DNA of 64,000 bases. It comes from Acidimicrobiia bacterium. Its GTDB lineage: Bacteria > Actinomycetota > Acidimicrobiia > Spongiisociales > ZC4RG35. A program made the translations under genes and the position numbers. Every line of letters starts with the position of its first letter. The first letter of the stretch is position 1. The notes beneath the pieces were generated by a model that did not search any database, was not told where the DNA came from, and saw only the letters and a list, made by a program, of their open reading frames with translations. This document shows positions 1 to 8,273 of the stretch, piece after piece. The stretch spans positions 8,635 to 72,634 of the forward strand of contig DATCZS010000112.1 of NCBI GenBank assembly GCA_036525795.1, in the 5' to 3' direction.

Positions 1-24
1 CCGCTGCACTCTCAACTCCACATC

Positions 25-267
25 ATGCCCCAGTCGAAACGCCGCAAGCCAAAGAACCTCACCGCCACCCCGCCGAGCAGTCCGGCTGCCGCCGAGCACA
101 AACGGGATCCCTCGCCGACCTGGTACGTCGTGTTGATGGCCGGGCTGATGGTGGTGGGCGTGCTGCTGGTGCTGGCGCGTTTCATCTTCAGCCTCGATCA
201 GTTGATGCTCATCGCCGGTCTCGCGTTGATCGCGGCCGGATTCATGATGACGACCAACTACCACTGA
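25..267 (+). CDS. crgA: cell division membrane protein CrgA
   Basis: 80 aa, starts MPQSKRRKPK, two predicted TM helices, ends ...NYH; architecture matches Mycobacterium CrgA; ori-proximal position as in M. tuberculosis. Confidence 0.75.
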   Translation: MPQSKRRKPKNLTATPPSSPAAAEHKRDPSPTWYVVLMAGLMVVGVLLVLARFIFSLDQLMLIAGLALIAAGFMMTTNYH

Positions 268-410
268 GCGTCCGTCCGGGACATCGGCCGCCAGCAGTCA
301 GCTCTCAGCCGTGAGTCGTCGGCGATCAGCCATGAGCCCCTGGTATCGGGTCTCGGCCATGGCAACGACCCCGTCGGCCGCATTACACCCGTGTAGTTCC
401 CCCCAACCTT

Positions 411-426
411 TTCCACACGTGTGGAA
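411..426. terminator. perfect 16-bp palindrome TTCCACACGTGTGGAA (hairpin) between convergent genes; possible bidirectional terminator
   Basis: read directly from sequence; flanking AACCTT/AAGGTT extend the stem; no U-tract (usual in high-GC genomes). Confidence 0.3.
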
Positions 427-474
427 GGTTTCGCGGTCTCCCGATCGCTGAGAGCCGAGATCTCCGGCCCCCGT

Positions 475-720
475 TCACGGCCGCCAGACGTGAATCATCT
501 CCTCCCTGCAGTGCTTGGGGGCCGCCTCCTCGGTGACGTTCTTGACGGTCATCGTCACCTCCGTGCCGCAGATCGTGCACCGGAAGTGCTGTTCGGTCGC
601 CACGACGTCCGCGGGATCCACTTCGGGCGGCGGGGTCGACAGCATGGCGATGAACCAGGTGGCCACCCGCCAGATGACGAGTGCCATGACGATGGCAATG
701 GCGATGTTGAGAAAACCCAT
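475..720 (-). CDS. small membrane protein with C-terminal zinc-ribbon-like motif (CTICGTEV...HC); hypothetical
   Basis: ORF 475..747; probable start at MGFLNIAIAIV (one TM helix), then CxxC...HC motif; no family recognised. Confidence 0.4.
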   Translation of the reverse strand: MGFLNIAIAIVMALVIWRVATWFIAMLSTPPPEVDPADVVATEQHFRCTICGTEVTMTVKNVTEEAAPKHCREEMIHVWRP

Positions 721-856
721 ATGACGCGATCGGCGTTCAGCGATCAACCGTCAGCATACGGCTCGCCTGCAGTTCGGTGAATGCCGGCCGCCGTTCCGGC
801 CGAAGGTTGCCGGCCGAAGGTTGCCGGCCGAAGGCTCGAGGATCCGCCCCTTCTGC

Positions 857-2023
857 TCAGATCCTCTCGATGATGGTTCCGTTGGCCATCCCGCCGCCCT
901 CACACATCGACTGCAGGCCGTAGCGGCCGCCGGTGCGAACCAGTTCGTGGACCAGGGTGGTCATGAGCCGGGCGCCGGACGCTCCCAACGGATGGCCGAG
1001 GGCAACCGCCCCGCCGTTGACGTTGGTGCGACCCCACAGCGCCATCGGGTCGGAACCACCGTGCTCGGCACGCCAGGCAGCCGTCACGGCGGCGAACGCC
1101 TCGTTGATCTCGAAGAGGTCGATCTCGTCGACGGTGAGGCCGGCGCGCTCGAGGGCCTTCGAGGTTGCGGGAATCGGACCGGTGAGCATGGTCACCGGGT
1201 CGACCCCGGCAAGCGAGAACGACACGAACCGGGCCATCGGAGTCAACCCGAGCTCATCTGCGGTGTCCTCGTTCATGATGAGGATGGCCGCCGCCCCGTC
1301 GGAGATCTGCGAGGAGTTGCCCGCCGTGACCACCCCGTCGGCTTTGAAGGCCGGCTGCAGGGCCGCCAACTGCTCGAGGCTCGTCTCGAAGCGGATTCCC
1401 TCGTCTGTGGTCATCGTCGTTCCGTCCGGCAGTTCGACCGGCACGATCTGGGTGTCGAACCGACCCTCCTCGGTGGCCCGGGCCGCCCGCCGGTGTGATT
1501 CGAGTGACAGCTCATCGAGTTCCGCCCGGCTCAGACCCCACTTGTCTGCGATCATCTCGGCCGAGACTCCCTGGGGAACGAGACCCCCGGCATAGCGGTC
1601 CATCACCAGCGGCCCGAAGGGCATACCCGGTCCTTGCTGGGCGGTGATCCCCATCGGAACACGTGTCATGGACTCGACGCCCGCCGCGATCACCACGTCG
1701 TACGCTCCCGCCATCACACCCTGGGCGGCGAAGTGGGCCGACTGCTGGGACGAGCCGCATTGCCGGTCGATGGTGGTACCGACCACGTCCTCGGGAAAGC
1801 CGGCGGCGAGGGCGGCGTTCCGGCCGACGTTGAGGCCCTGCTCCCCCGTCTGCATCACACATCCCATGATCACGTCTTCCACCGACCCGGGATCGATGCC
1901 GTTGCGCTCGACGAGGGCCTTGAGTGGAATCGAAGCCAGGTCCACCGGGTGGATGTCTTTGAGCTTCCCGTTCCGACGGCCCACCGGCGTGCGGGCCGCA
2001 TCGACGATGACGGCGTTCGGCAT
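857..2023 (-). CDS. acetyl-CoA C-acetyltransferase (thiolase)
   Basis: 388 aa; N-term MPNAVIVDAARTPVGRRNG; thiolase motifs incl. catalytic Cys region (QCGSSQQ) and C-terminal CEGGGMANG. Confidence 0.9.
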   Translation of the reverse strand: MPNAVIVDAARTPVGRRNGKLKDIHPVDLASIPLKALVERNGIDPGSVEDVIMGCVMQTGEQGLNVGRNAALAAGFPEDVVGTTIDRQCGSSQQSAHFAAQGVMAGAYDVVIAAGVESMTRVPMGITAQQGPGMPFGPLVMDRYAGGLVPQGVSAEMIADKWGLSRAELDELSLESHRRAARATEEGRFDTQIVPVELPDGTTMTTDEGIRFETSLEQLAALQPAFKADGVVTAGNSSQISDGAAAILIMNEDTADELGLTPMARFVSFSLAGVDPVTMLTGPIPATSKALERAGLTVDEIDLFEINEAFAAVTAAWRAEHGGSDPMALWGRTNVNGGAVALGHPLGASGARLMTTLVHELVRTGGRYGLQSMCEGGGMANGTIIERI

Positions 2024-2409
2024 GTGTGCTCCCTGTGGCGGTCGACCCGACGAAGTCCGGTCGATGTGCGCAGTGTAGGGCGGCGCCCCCGCCCGGCATC
2101 AGGCGGATCACCCTCTGTGACTAGTCCTCATGGCATCGCGCGGAACCACCCACAGGGCGATGCGTGGCTGCCGATAACGGTCGGGAACGCCAGGGGGAGC
2201 ACACCATGACCACGCCTTTCACGATCGGATCCGTGTCTGTTCGAGAGTTTCTCGCGTCGATGACGGCTGCGTCCCGAGAAGAGGGCGATGCCCCGGACGA
2301 GGAACCGGCCGTTCGACCGGCCGCCTGAACTCGCTTCCCGACCGGCCGCCACCCGGACCGGTCGAAGGGGCCTATCCCCCTGCCGAGTGATGTCCTCTTC
2401 GTCCCCGAG

Positions 2410-2482
2410 TGGAGCTGACGGGATTTGAACCCGTGACCCCCTGCTTGCAAAGCAGGTGCTCTGCCAACTGAGCTACAGCCCC
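2410..2482 (-). tRNA. tRNA-Ala (anticodon TGC)
   Basis: reverse complement reads GGGGCTGTAGCTCAGTTGGCAGAGCACCTGCTTTGCAAGCAGGGGGTCACGGGTTCAAATCCCGTCAGCTCCA; anticodon loop CTTTGCAAG; CCA not encoded. Confidence 0.9.
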
Positions 2483-2631
2483 AGAGAAGGCGCCGCTCTC
2501 CTCGGGGTTGCCGCCATCGCCAGGCGAGGGACGGCTCCGTCGGAAATCGACCACCAGAGGATATCCGATGACGGAGGTGGGGCCACAACCCCGGCCTTCC
2601 GCTACCCACACCACCGACGTATCGTCTGCGC

Positions 2632-4743
2632 ATGACGGACAGCCGCGTGATCGTCGCAGACGACGACGGACGGGAACCGGCCCCACCCCTCTCTCCCCCG
2701 CCTCCCGACTCAAGGGCGGGACTCGGTGCCCTGGTGGCGGCAGCGGTGGTGATCGTGGGACTGGTGCTCGTCGGAACCGCACCGGACCCCGAACCCGACC
2801 AGACCGGTGGGCTCGGGGCACCCACCGCGGCCGAGCAGCCCGTGGTGACCGCACCTCCCGCGGTGGTGCCCGAGATCGCCCTGGGCTGGAGGCGCCTCGA
2901 CCTGCCGGGGAGAGGCACCGTCGTCGAACTCGCCCACGGTGGAGGCGGTTGGATGGCTCTCTCCCACGGCGAGCAGTCGACCGTGGCGACGTCGACGGAC
3001 GGGCGGATCTGGGTGACCCGCTCCTTCCCCGGACCTCTCGACGGAGACGTGCTCGGCATGGTGACGTCCACCCGCCACGTGGTGGTCGACACCGGCGCAG
3101 GGACCGGCGGCGCCACCCGCTCGTGGGTCTCCACAGACGGCGGCGTGACCTGGGACACGGCCCTGTTCCCACCCGGCTACGTGCGGATCACATCGCTGGT
3201 CTCTGCCGGAGACCGCATCGTGGCCGGCGGGGCGGTGTCCACCGATCCCCGGGACGTCGTCGAGGAGGGATCCGCCACCACGGCGATGGCGTGGCACTAC
3301 ACCGACGGCCGGTGGGTTCCCCTTGCGTTCTCCAGCCCGCCGGGCGCCTTCAGCAGCGTCGAGGCCCTGGTGACGACATCGGACGGGGTCATGGCCTTCG
3401 GGCGGGTCGACGAGGGTCCGGCCGCCTGGCGGCTGGAGGGGCTGACGCTGGCCCGGGTGTCCGTCTCGGTCCCTCGCGCCGTCGAGGAAAGCTCCTTTTC
3501 CGCCGTGACCCGGTCGATGGACGGGTGGTGGCTGGCAGAGTTCCGGTCCAGGTCGAGCGCGTCCTATGCCACGTCCAGCGACCTCACCCAATGGGATCTG
3601 CTCGGGGCGGGACTCGACGGTTCACGGAGCACCTCGGTCGCCGCGACCGGCCTCGGCATCGTCGGTGTGGGCGAAGACGATCAGCAGTTCCGTCTGGTCG
3701 ACGGCTCGGGGATCCAGGAGGTCCGGTACCGCTATCCGGACACCTTCACGGGCTTCGATCCGGACCGGCACACATCGGTGGTGGCCTCCGATGGAGACCT
3801 GATCGTGATGGGAGGCGGAACCTACTCGCCGGCCCTGTGGCTGCGTGGTCTCACCGGCGGACGGGTCGGGGTCACGGCCGAGCCTTCCACCCGAGAGGGA
3901 CGGTGGCGGCTGGCAGGGTCGTTCGGATCGGGCTTCTGGGATCCGGATCCCCGCCCGTTCCGGGTCGTGCGGTGGGAAGGTGGGTATGCGGTCGCCACCC
4001 CGCAGGCCGTGTGGCACACCACCGACCTCATCGGGGTCGCCGCGACTCGCGAAGACATCGTGCCCGAGCGCCTGATCGCGACGCGTCAAGGACTGCTTGC
4101 AGTCGATTCCGGGGCAGCGCTCCTCGGCTCGGACGGCTCGGGAGGGTGGGAACCGGAGAACCTGGGCTTTGCGGTCGGCGGCGTCACCGAGACCCCCTCA
4201 TCGGTGATCGCCTACGGGTGGACCGACCGGGGCGAGGCCGTACTCGCCGTTCGCCCTGACGGCGGATCCTGGGAGATCGTGACACCCGACTCCTCGTCCA
4301 CGATCTACCCCGTCGCCGCCGCCGCCGGTCTCGTCTTCGGATTCGACGCCGAGCGTTCGGCTGAAGACGGAGGCAGGTTCAGCTCCGACGGGGTGACCTG
4401 GGAGCCGATCGAACTCGACGCACTCCGCGGACTCGAGAGCGGTACCCCGTTCGTGATCGTGGAGCGCTCCCGGGCCTCGACCACCATCCAGCTCCTCGAC
4501 GAACAGGCGCCGTTGGTGGTTCCTTCCATCGATCCGGTCGAGGTCGTGAGAGTGGGCGAGATCGTGCGGGTACGGGGGTCGGACGGGCTGTGGGAGACCT
4601 CCGATGCAGGAACCACCTGGATCACCTACCCCATCGGCCTCGAGCAGCGGCTCATCGGGCCTCTGCGCCTTGCGCCGACCGAGGAACCGATCGTCCTCCT
4701 GGCGGCGCGTGACTCCTACCGCATCCTTGTCTTCGAACGGTGA
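2632..4743 (+). CDS. membrane-anchored BNR/Asp-box repeat (beta-propeller) protein, unknown function
   Basis: 703 aa; N-terminal TM helix (LGALVAAAVVIVGLVLVG); repeated S-x-D-x-G-x-T-W motifs (STDGGVTWD, SSDGVTWEP, TSDAGTTWI). Confidence 0.65.
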   Translation: MTDSRVIVADDDGREPAPPLSPPPPDSRAGLGALVAAAVVIVGLVLVGTAPDPEPDQTGGLGAPTAAEQPVVTAPPAVVPEIALGWRRLDLPGRGTVVELAHGGGGWMALSHGEQSTVATSTDGRIWVTRSFPGPLDGDVLGMVTSTRHVVVDTGAGTGGATRSWVSTDGGVTWDTALFPPGYVRITSLVSAGDRIVAGGAVSTDPRDVVEEGSATTAMAWHYTDGRWVPLAFSSPPGAFSSVEALVTTSDGVMAFGRVDEGPAAWRLEGLTLARVSVSVPRAVEESSFSAVTRSMDGWWLAEFRSRSSASYATSSDLTQWDLLGAGLDGSRSTSVAATGLGIVGVGEDDQQFRLVDGSGIQEVRYRYPDTFTGFDPDRHTSVVASDGDLIVMGGGTYSPALWLRGLTGGRVGVTAEPSTREGRWRLAGSFGSGFWDPDPRPFRVVRWEGGYAVATPQAVWHTTDLIGVAATREDIVPERLIATRQGLLAVDSGAALLGSDGSGGWEPENLGFAVGGVTETPSSVIAYGWTDRGEAVLAVRPDGGSWEIVTPDSSSTIYPVAAAAGLVFGFDAERSAEDGGRFSSDGVTWEPIELDALRGLESGTPFVIVERSRASTTIQLLDEQAPLVVPSIDPVEVVRVGEIVRVRGSDGLWETSDAGTTWITYPIGLEQRLIGPLRLAPTEEPIVLLAARDSYRILVFER

Positions 4744-4767
4744 TCTCCCTGCGCACCGGCCCGGCCG

Positions 4768-5535
4768 TCAGCCGGCGCGGCCGATGCCGCCGCGTACGAC
4801 GACGTCTCCCTCGATGATCTGCGCCCTCAGGTCGTCGGCCTCACGACCGGGCATCAGCCCGAGTTCGGCCATGACCGCCCCGTAGTCGTCGAGCGCCTTG
4901 AGCGCATCGACCCTTCTCCCCTGCTCGAGCAGCGAGCGGGCGAGCAACTTCCACAGATGCTCACGGTACGGGTCGTCTGCGAGCGCCGACCGCAGCCTGC
5001 CGACGGCACGGATCTGATCGCCGAGTGCGACATCGCACTCCAACTCCAACTCGACCGCAGTCCGCCGCAACTCCTCCAGCCGGAGCGCCTCCACACGAAA
5101 CGGATCCTCGTCTGCCATCTCCCCATACGGTGTTCCCCGCCACAGCGAGAGCGCGTCCAGCAGCAGTCTGCGGGCGGCCTCCGGGTCGGTGTGGACGGCC
5201 TCCGCCGCCTGAAGCACAGCCCTCTCGAAAGCGCATGCGTCGATGTCCTCGCAGGTCGCCACCAGCGTGTAGCTGTGGTCGGTGGCTCGCAACCAGTCCT
5301 CCCCGAGAAGGGCGCGCAGGCGCGAGATGTGAGATTGGAGCGCGTTCATCCCGGTGGCGGGAACCCCTTCCGGCCACACCACATCGAGGAGCCGGTCGAT
5401 CGACACCGCGTGGTTCACCGAGAGCACGAGAACGGCGAGCAGCGCCTGAGTTCGTCGACCGGCAACCGGCACGACAGCCTCCCCGTCGTCGATGGCGGGC
5501 GGTCCCAACATCAGGATTCGAGTGCGCGGCGGCAT
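4768..5535 (-). CDS. SARP-family (AfsR/DnrI/RedD-like) transcriptional regulator: OmpR-type winged helix plus BTAD domain
   Basis: ILMLGPPAIDDGEAVVPVAGRRTQALLAVLVL...IDRLLDVVWPEG... then TPR-like BTAD region; start placed at MPPRTRILMLGPP (ORF extends to 5562). Confidence 0.8.
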   Translation of the reverse strand: MPPRTRILMLGPPAIDDGEAVVPVAGRRTQALLAVLVLSVNHAVSIDRLLDVVWPEGVPATGMNALQSHISRLRALLGEDWLRATDHSYTLVATCEDIDACAFERAVLQAAEAVHTDPEAARRLLLDALSLWRGTPYGEMADEDPFRVEALRLEELRRTAVELELECDVALGDQIRAVGRLRSALADDPYREHLWKLLARSLLEQGRRVDALKALDDYGAVMAELGLMPGREADDLRAQIIEGDVVVRGGIGRAG

Positions 5536-5734
5536 CACAAACACCGACTGACCACACCTCACGGTACGCCCAGGGGCAATCCCGATCCAGAGTCCAACGT
5601 CAGCGTCCGCGCCGGGTCAGCAGCACATCCCGTCCGGGTATGCGCCCCATCCGATCCGCCACCGGCCGACTGGCGTTCCGGGCGCGACCGTGAGGGAGAA
5701 GGAACACAGTCCGAGAGACCCAAGGAGGTGGATC

Positions 5735-6268
5735 GTGACACTGGACACCGGCCTGAGAGCCGGCGAGTCGGCCGGCACCGAAGCCGGGGTACGCGAACGG
5801 GAGGTGCTTCCCAGAGTGCGGCAGCCGGTCGTGCGCTGGATCGAGTTCCTGGCGTTCATGGGGTTGGTGGTCGTGGCGGCCGTAGGCCTCTGGCTCATCG
5901 TGGGCAACGACGCAACCGACGGCAGCTTCGAGGCCGCCGAAGAGATGCGTTTCGAACGAATCGGCCAGGCCGCGGCGGTGATCACCGCCCAGCAGTTGGC
6001 CCGGCTGGAAGACGCGGTCACGCCCTCCGTCGGAGCCCCCTTCGAGATGGCCGAAATGGCCCGCTTCGAGCGGATCGCCGAGGCGGCCGGCGCCCCGACG
6101 CTCTTGAGCGACGGCTCCTCTTCCTATGCCGAGTCGCTGCGGCTCAACCTGCTTCGGCCCACAGGCGGAATTCATCTCGACGGGTTCGACGTCGCCGAGA
6201 TGCTGCGCTTCTCCCGCATCGGCGGCTATGCGCAGGCGATCACCCTCGACGAGTTCGTGGAGCCGTGA
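5735..6268 (+). CDS. hypothetical single-TM protein with RFERIG/RFSRIGGYA repeats (paralog A)
   Basis: GTG at 5735 preceded by AAGGAGGT with 6-nt spacer; TM helix FLAFMGLVVVAAVGLWLIV; repeats EEMRFERIGQAAAV / EMARFERIAEAAG / EMLRFSRIGGYAQAITLDEF; about 45% identical to the next gene. Confidence 0.6.
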   Translation: MTLDTGLRAGESAGTEAGVREREVLPRVRQPVVRWIEFLAFMGLVVVAAVGLWLIVGNDATDGSFEAAEEMRFERIGQAAAVITAQQLARLEDAVTPSVGAPFEMAEMARFERIAEAAGAPTLLSDGSSSYAESLRLNLLRPTGGIHLDGFDVAEMLRFSRIGGYAQAITLDEFVEP

Positions 6269-6286
6269 GAGAAACCGAGGTGAGAC

Positions 6287-6859
6287 ATGACATCGACGAT
6301 TGACCGGGGGAAGACAAGGGAAGGCCTCGACTGGGGGAGGGCGCCTCCGAGAACCCATCCTCAGGCCGTCAGGCGGATCGAGCTCCTGGTGTTCATGGGA
6401 CTCGTTGCCGTGGCGGCGGTCGCCCTGTGGCTGATGGCGGGTGATGACACGACCGACGGCAGCTTCGAGATCGCCGAGCAGATGCGGTTCGAACGGATCG
6501 GCCAGCAGGCGGCGGTGGTGGACGTCGAGGACTTCGCCTCATTGGAGGACGGGGTGGCCGCCACGATGGACCACAGCTTCGACCGCGCCGAGCTGGAGCG
6601 TTTCTCCCGTATCGGCGGCTACGCGCCGGCGATCACGCTGAACGAGTTCGCCGCACTGGAGGATCACGCCTTTGTCGCCCCGACGCATGGCGAACTCCAA
6701 GGACTCGCCGACATCTACACCGGCGACTCCTTCGGCTCCATGCCGATGGACTACTGGCAGAACCTGGCGCTCCAGGAGTTGGCCGACATCTACACCGGCG
6801 ACTCCTTCGGCTCCATGCCGATGGACTACTGGCAGGCCCACACGTCGCCGGTTGAGTGA
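6287..6859 (+). CDS. hypothetical single-TM protein with RFERIG/RFSRIGGYA repeats (paralog B) carrying an internal exact duplication
   Basis: ATG 6287 after GAGGTGA; collinear with paralog A; C-terminal exact duplicate LADIYTGDSFGSMPMDYWQ x2. Confidence 0.65.
   Translation: MTSTIDRGKTREGLDWGRAPPRTHPQAVRRIELLVFMGLVAVAAVALWLMAGDDTTDGSFEIAEQMRFERIGQQAAVVDVEDFASLEDGVAATMDHSFDRAELERFSRIGGYAPAITLNEFAALEDHAFVAPTHGELQGLADIYTGDSFGSMPMDYWQNLALQELADIYTGDSFGSMPMDYWQAHTSPVE
6707..6835 (+). repeat. two identical 54-nt direct repeats (6707-6760 and 6782-6835) separated by 21 nt, inside paralog B
   Basis: read directly: gccgacatctacaccggcgactccttcggctccatgccgatggactactggcag occurs twice. Confidence 0.9.
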
Positions 6860-6866
6860 GGCGCAG

Positions 6867-6914
6867 CCAACACTCTCACCGGAGTGACTGCCAACACTCT
6901 CACCGGAGTGACTG
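6867..6914 (+). repeat. perfect 24-nt tandem repeat x2 (ccaacactctcaccggagtgactg) immediately after the paralog B stop
   Basis: read directly from sequence. Confidence 0.9.
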
Positions 6915-6916
6915 GG

Positions 6917-6949
6917 ATCAGGCGTGGCCTCGGGGGTTCTACGCCTGAT
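6917..6949 (+). terminator. hairpin ATCAGGCGT-N15-ACGCCTGAT, putative intrinsic terminator of the paralog pair
   Basis: 9-bp perfect stem, 15-nt loop; no U-tract. Confidence 0.4.
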
Positions 6950-7029
6950 CGTCGAGCACGACGGTACCTGTCCGCCTTGCCCCGCTTCCTCCATCATCGG
7001 TACACTCGCCCCCTGCGCGACCGCGCATC

Positions 7030-7105
7030 CGGGCCCATAGCTCAGTTCGGTTAGAGCGCTGCCCTGATAAGGCAGAGGTCCCTGGTTCAAATCCAGGTGG
7101 GCCCA
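7030..7105 (+). tRNA. tRNA-Ile (anticodon GAT)
   Basis: GGGCCCATAGCTCAGTTCGGTTAGAGCGCTGCCCTGATAAGGCAGAGGTCCCTGGTTCAAATCCAGGTGGGCCCA; 7-bp acceptor stem; lone tRNA as at the Mycobacterium ori region. Confidence 0.9.
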
Positions 7106-7166
7106 CCCCCGACAGTCTCTGCTGGTTCAGGGACTTCCCGCTTCCTGGCTTGGGGCCCGCCCCCCA

Positions 7167-7967
7167 TCACTCGGCTGCGAACAGCCTGATCGGCTCAGGA
7201 AAGCCCTTGAGGTCGATCTCGCCGACGTCGAGGAAGCTGACGCCCTTGCCGATCGCCAGGTCCCGGACAGTGCCCGCGACGAGGGTCTGTCCGCCCGCAG
7301 CATGCGCGCAGATGCGAGCAGCCAGGTTCACCGAAGCCCCGTAGATATCGGAGGATTCCTCGACCGGCTCGCCGGCCGAGATCCCGATCTTGATGCGGAG
7401 GTTCCCGATGTCCTCGCATCTTCGGTGCATCTGTGTCGCCGCCCCGAGTGCCTTGATGACAGAAGCGAACGATGCAAGCACACCGTCACCGGTGTGCTTG
7501 ACCTCCGAGCCGGAAAACTCGGCGAGGCAGGCCCGCACGATCTCGTCGTGGCGTCTGACTGCCTCGACGGCGGCAACGTCCCCATGCTCGGTGCTGATGG
7601 AGGTCGAACCCTCGATGTCGGTGAACATGATCGCCCGCAGACCGGTGTCGAGTTTGCCGTCATCGAGCAGGACCCGGTCTCCCTTGTCGGTAGCCATCCC
7701 GCCGAGGAATGCCGACATCGTGGGGGCATCGAGCTCGATGACGTTGTGGGGCATGAGTCCGTGTGACGCCTTGTGGCACGCCCTGAGGGACTCGGCATCC
7801 GGGGCCTCGGCGAGGCAGAAGGACTTTCCGTCTGGAGCGTTGAGCCAGTACGAGACCCACCTGACTCCGAACGCGTCCTGCATCTCGAGATCTGCGCGGT
7901 GGGCCGCCGCGATCTCTTCGGGCGTCGCGTCGCCGAGGCCGGGGTGGACGTCCATGAACATCGGCAT
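7167..7967 (-). CDS. DUF4242-like N-terminal domain fused to a class III adenylate/guanylate cyclase catalytic domain
   Basis: N-term MPMFMDVHPGLGDATPEEIAAAH... (SCO4226/DUF4242-like); C-term cyclase motifs FTDIEGSTSI, EVKHTGDGVLASF, DIYGASVNLAARI. Confidence 0.8.
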   Translation of the reverse strand: MPMFMDVHPGLGDATPEEIAAAHRADLEMQDAFGVRWVSYWLNAPDGKSFCLAEAPDAESLRACHKASHGLMPHNVIELDAPTMSAFLGGMATDKGDRVLLDDGKLDTGLRAIMFTDIEGSTSISTEHGDVAAVEAVRRHDEIVRACLAEFSGSEVKHTGDGVLASFASVIKALGAATQMHRRCEDIGNLRIKIGISAGEPVEESSDIYGASVNLAARICAHAAGGQTLVAGTVRDLAIGKGVSFLDVGEIDLKGFPEPIRLFAAE

Positions 7968-8273
7968 TCGGGCAGTCTATGAGCGTGGAGCCTCGGATGT
8001 TGGGGTGACCGTCTGGATCAAGACACCCAGATAGGGGAATCCTCCGCGAACACCTGACGATCCAGCCGAATACCCTGTCATCGTCGACCCGTCCAGGTCT
8101 TCGCAGATGGGGAATCATTCCGTGGTTCGCCTCCGGCCGGGCCGCTTCGTCTCCTGCGCCGGTTCCCCGGTGCGCGGCGGCGCCCGGGATTTCGTTGCCC
8201 CCTGGCGGCGGCCGGCGCTCCGCCACCCCCTTTCGACTAGGTCTTCGGTCCCGGTACGCTCACCCCGATCGAC

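Noticed and set aside
411-426. 16-bp palindrome TTCCACACGTGTGGAA considered as a true parS
   Set aside because: The flanks of the CACGTG core (TCCA/TGGA) do not match the parS GTTT/AAAC consensus. Listed as a hairpin/terminator with alternative interpretations instead.
2121-3172. Long minus-strand ORFs (345 and 266 aa) upstream of and overlapping the BNR-propeller gene
   Set aside because: Arg/Pro/Gly-rich low-complexity translations typical of antisense or shadow frames in 70% GC DNA. They overlap a well-supported plus-strand gene and the tRNA.
2508-4259. 583-aa plus-strand ORF in a different frame from the 2632..4743 gene
   Set aside because: Extremely Arg/Gly-rich with no domain-like segments. 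The overlapping frame has the BNR motifs.
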